Made by a program: the position numbers and the translations under genes. Shown one piece after another: positions 31,601 through 32,000 of a DNA stretch of 32,000 nucleotides. The number at the start of each line of letters is the position of its first letter. The first letter of the stretch is position 1. The notes beneath the pieces were generated by a model. It was not told the DNA's origin. It ran no database searches and saw only the letters and a list, made by a program, of their open reading frames with translations. The stretch lies in contig NZ_CP067007.1 of assembly GCF_018128925.1 (NCBI RefSeq), positions 628,164 through 660,163 of the forward strand, given 5' to 3'. The DNA comes from Nitrosopumilus sp. K4 (lineage in GTDB: Archaea; Thermoproteota; Nitrososphaeria; Nitrososphaerales; Nitrosopumilaceae).

Positions 31601-32000
31601 TGTTTTTGGGAACCTTTTACATCATTTAGTCTTTTGGGATGTCATAGCGATGCTTTTACGCCATCAGGTTTTGTTTCTAAGATAAACATTTCTGATGTTT
31701 TTGATGATTTTGAATCCTTGTCTTCTACAGTTATGTTTACTGTCGAAGTTTCTTGGGGTTGTTTTCAGAAATAAAAAATGCTACAGTGAACAATCCCTTT
31801 TGATTTGCCGTCTTCAAACCTTTCAATGATGTTTTCTTACTGAACACACTGTAATTGTAACATTTGCATCTGAAATGTACCTTGGTTCTGATTAAAACCT
31901 CTAAACGTATTTTGTGTTTTATCATAAATTTTTACATCTGTTTTTGCAGTTTCATTGAAATGGGATCTTAACATATATTCTGATAAAATCATCAAATCAT

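Noticed and set aside
31737-31925. 62-aa minus-strand ORF
   Set aside because: It has no homology signal and is one of three equally plausible short frames in this stretch. It is treated only as a possible pseudogene fragment.

Overview
AT-rich archaeal chromosome segment, about one third GC by eye. The gene content is an S10/spc-type ribosomal operon containing eS4 and RNase P Rpp29, a SPOUT/DUF171 gene upstream of rpl3, proteasome alpha, and an ESCRT-III/CdvB homologue. This content and the sequence style suggest a Nitrosopumilus-like ammonia-oxidising thaumarchaeon; that assignment is inference, since no rRNA is present in the window. Layout: 1-3816 holds purine biosynthesis (purL 3' end, purF, purC) interleaved with small conserved ORFs. 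4187-10842 is a lineage-specific stretch with an ArsR regulator, a PPOX-fold enzyme, a Lys/Ala-rich repeat protein, secreted and membrane proteins, a 750-bp gene-poor spacer and tRNA-Asn. 10865-18607 is a tightly coupled minus-strand ribosomal protein operon running uL3 to uL6. 18705-22438 holds SPOUT methyltransferase, psmA, DUF371, small proteins and a CdvB-like gene. 22533-24396 is a CcdA plus thioredoxin-domain pair (a split DipZ). 24591-28832 is the biotin cluster bioF-bioB-bioA with divergent bioD. 28837-31600 holds an unknown gene coupled to HMG-CoA synthase, then a DsbA-like oxidoreductase. I found no cas genes, integrase, transposase, rRNA or recognisable defence system, so the window is mostly housekeeping. 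The observations most worth follow-up are non-coding. (1) A dyad, TGTTAACC-N14/15-GGTTAACC on the gene strand, lies upstream of both bioB and rpl3, with a related dyad upstream of the cdvB-like gene. The bioB copy has the architecture of a BirA operator. (2) A 28-bp imperfect palindrome family has three identical copies (two in tandem next to tRNA-Asn) and one arm-variant copy. (3) The spacer at 7601-8357 contains G-rich direct and inverted repeats and two unannotated small ORFs. (4) A histone-H1-like Lys/Ala protein is built on perfect 66-bp tandem repeats. (5) An unknown 184-aa gene is translationally coupled to HMG-CoA synthase. All homology calls come from reading the translated ORFs; no database search was run.
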